Assembly: GCF_000195855.1 (NCBI RefSeq)
Contig: NC_002677.1
Coordinates: forward strand, 1,470,001 to 1,502,000
Length of the DNA stretch: 32,000 nt
DNA from: Mycobacterium leprae TN
GTDB taxonomy: Bacteria; Actinomycetota; Actinomycetes; Mycobacteriales; Mycobacteriaceae
Direction of reading: 5' to 3'
The notes beneath the pieces were generated by a model. It saw only the letters and a program-made list of their open reading frames with translations. It was not told where the DNA came from and ran no database searches. Shown here in pieces: positions 31,000-32,000 of this stretch (position 1 is its first letter; every line of letters starts with the position of its first letter). The position numbers and the translations under genes are program-made.

Positions 31000-31660
31000 C
31001 CTTTTTAGACCAGGCTGCGAAACCTGCCGCAAATGTTGCCGCGGCTTGACGGGTTCATGCGGTTTGATGCCGTTGATGGCTGGCCTCGATTGCCGGCCTG
31101 GATTACGGCGGCTTTATGTCGGCTCTGGTGCTCGTGCCGTACAGCCGACGGCGATGCTGAATTCCGATGTCAGAACACCTTTACTTTATCTAGCTGCCAT
31201 TGCTTTGCTGTCGCACAGCATGCTCGACGGTTGGCGAGCTGTGGGGCCACTCGCAGCGGAGTTGGCCAGCACCGAACGGGTCGATCGCTGTGTCCTGGCG
31301 GTTACTCGGCTGTTGATCGGGTTGTTATGAGGCAGCGTTTGGGGTGCACGTCGACTATGTCGACACCGACCAGCAGTGGCTAGCAGCCGCCGAGAAATTC
31401 GGAGTTATGTCACACGATCGGGTAAAGTTGGGCAAGTCTTGGGATCGGCACCCCGCTACCTTGTATATTGCCGCAGATTTCGCGACGTTACGCGCGACGT
31501 GGCGGACGGCATCTGTACTGATAGCGGGATCTACTACCAACCCGTGTTAGATGATGCCGTTATTCTTGATGTACACTCGTGGGTACGGTTTGTTCCTGGG
31601 CACGTCGATGCGCGCACCGTCATTCCGCGCATTTTGGACATGCTTGCCGAGGTATGAGCT
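31000..31660 (+). pseudogene. Zinc-dependent alcohol dehydrogenase (MDR superfamily) pseudogene fragment
   Basis: Frame-hopping text: GLDYGGFMSALVLVPYSRR (matches DGGFAEYv.VP), LPLLCCRTACSTVGELWG (matches aApllCAGiTty.al), IAVSWRLLGC (matches vaV.G.GGlG), GVHVDYVDTDQQWLAAAEKFGV (matches Ga.ViavD....kl..A.~lGA), and C-terminal DAVILDVHSWVRFVPGHVDARTVIPRILDMLAEV*. The match is weak to moderate. Confidence 0.45.
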
Positions 31661-32000
31661 TTGTTGCCGGCCGTTGAGCACGTGGTTGCATAGGAAGATG
31701 CCCCATGAGCTTGGCTAACGATGGACGAGCAAGACTGTCTTCGCCAGGGGGTAGGCTTGCACCGGCTCAGGCAATGTCGCCGACGACGACCCCGGTCCGG
31801 CACAGCTGCCGCGCACAATCCATGGCAACTGCTGAATGTCTGGGCCGTCGGAGCTGGCGGACATAATCTGGGTGTTGGTGTGATATGCATGTTGCGGCGG
31901 GTGAAGTGCACGTTGGCTTCGTTGGCGGCTAGAACGTTTTTGATCCAGTCAGTTTTTCCCGTGACCCAGCGTGATTGCCAACACATTGACTTCGCAGTAG

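Noticed and set aside
31660-32000. Minus-strand text with a possible FAD/NAD Rossmann N-terminus (VVVG...A.AG...LAKTVLLV) and a 150-aa ORF (31534-31986).
   Set aside because: The GxGxxG-like signal requires frame-hopping and is very weak. The ORF overlaps the ADH remnant and has no recognisable domain. It is probably another decayed fragment, but I cannot name it.
1-32000. Search for CRISPR arrays, rRNA, riboswitch-like leaders, toxin-antitoxin or defence-island gene pairs.
   Set aside because: No regularly spaced direct repeats, no rRNA-like sequence, and no paired small ORFs with TA-like features were seen. Apart from RLEP and the two short duplications, the window is explained by conserved mycobacterial genes and their remnants.

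Overview
This window is Mycobacterium leprae chromosome. A complete RLEP dispersed repeat at about 30260-30960 carries, as I remember them, the exact sites of the classic RLEP diagnostic PCR primers, spaced 129 bp apart. About half of the DNA is frameshifted or stop-riddled gene remnants.

Intact genes (about 11):
- a crotonase-family enoyl-CoA hydratase
- a three-gene glycerolipid operon on the + strand, with overlapping stop and start codons: WS/DGAT acyltransferase, the HAD-phosphatase/LPLAT fusion PlsC, and the GPAT PlsB2
- the ABC-F factor EttA
- the roughly 1620-aa NAD-specific glutamate dehydrogenase
- the truncated haemoglobin GlbO
- an HNH nuclease
- a small membrane protein followed by a DUF5130 protein, which look like the CtaJ/PRSAF1 respiratory-supercomplex accessory pair
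- one tRNA-Arg(UCU)

Decayed genes:
- a KS-AT-ACP type I PKS, plus the tail of the PKS upstream of it
- a type III PKS (pks10/11-like)
- an ABC-F half-gene
- a cyclase/ATPase/LuxR regulator, ending next to an IS3-family transposase relic
- a lipQ-like esterase
- an SSB-like OB-fold gene
- a hotdog thioesterase
- an Rv2474c-like gene
- aglA
- a Zn-alcohol dehydrogenase

From memory of M. tuberculosis H37Rv gene order, positions 11790-30259 are colinear (inverted) with Rv2485c down to Rv2468c. Positions 240-6060 correspond to the unlinked pks9/pks11/Rv1667c block. The RLEP copy sits exactly where colinearity ends.

I found no rRNA and no CRISPR array. I found no convincing evidence of a genuinely undescribed multi-gene system. 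The most follow-up-worthy items are:
- the RLEP/synteny-break junction and its G-rich end abutting a stop codon
- the basic Lys/Ala/Thr tail on PlsC
- the HNH nuclease of unknown function retained in a decaying genome
- the overlapping CtaJ-like/DUF5130 pair
- two perfect tandem duplications that could serve as typing markers

All homology statements come from motif recognition and memory, not from a search. Pseudogene boundaries are approximate.
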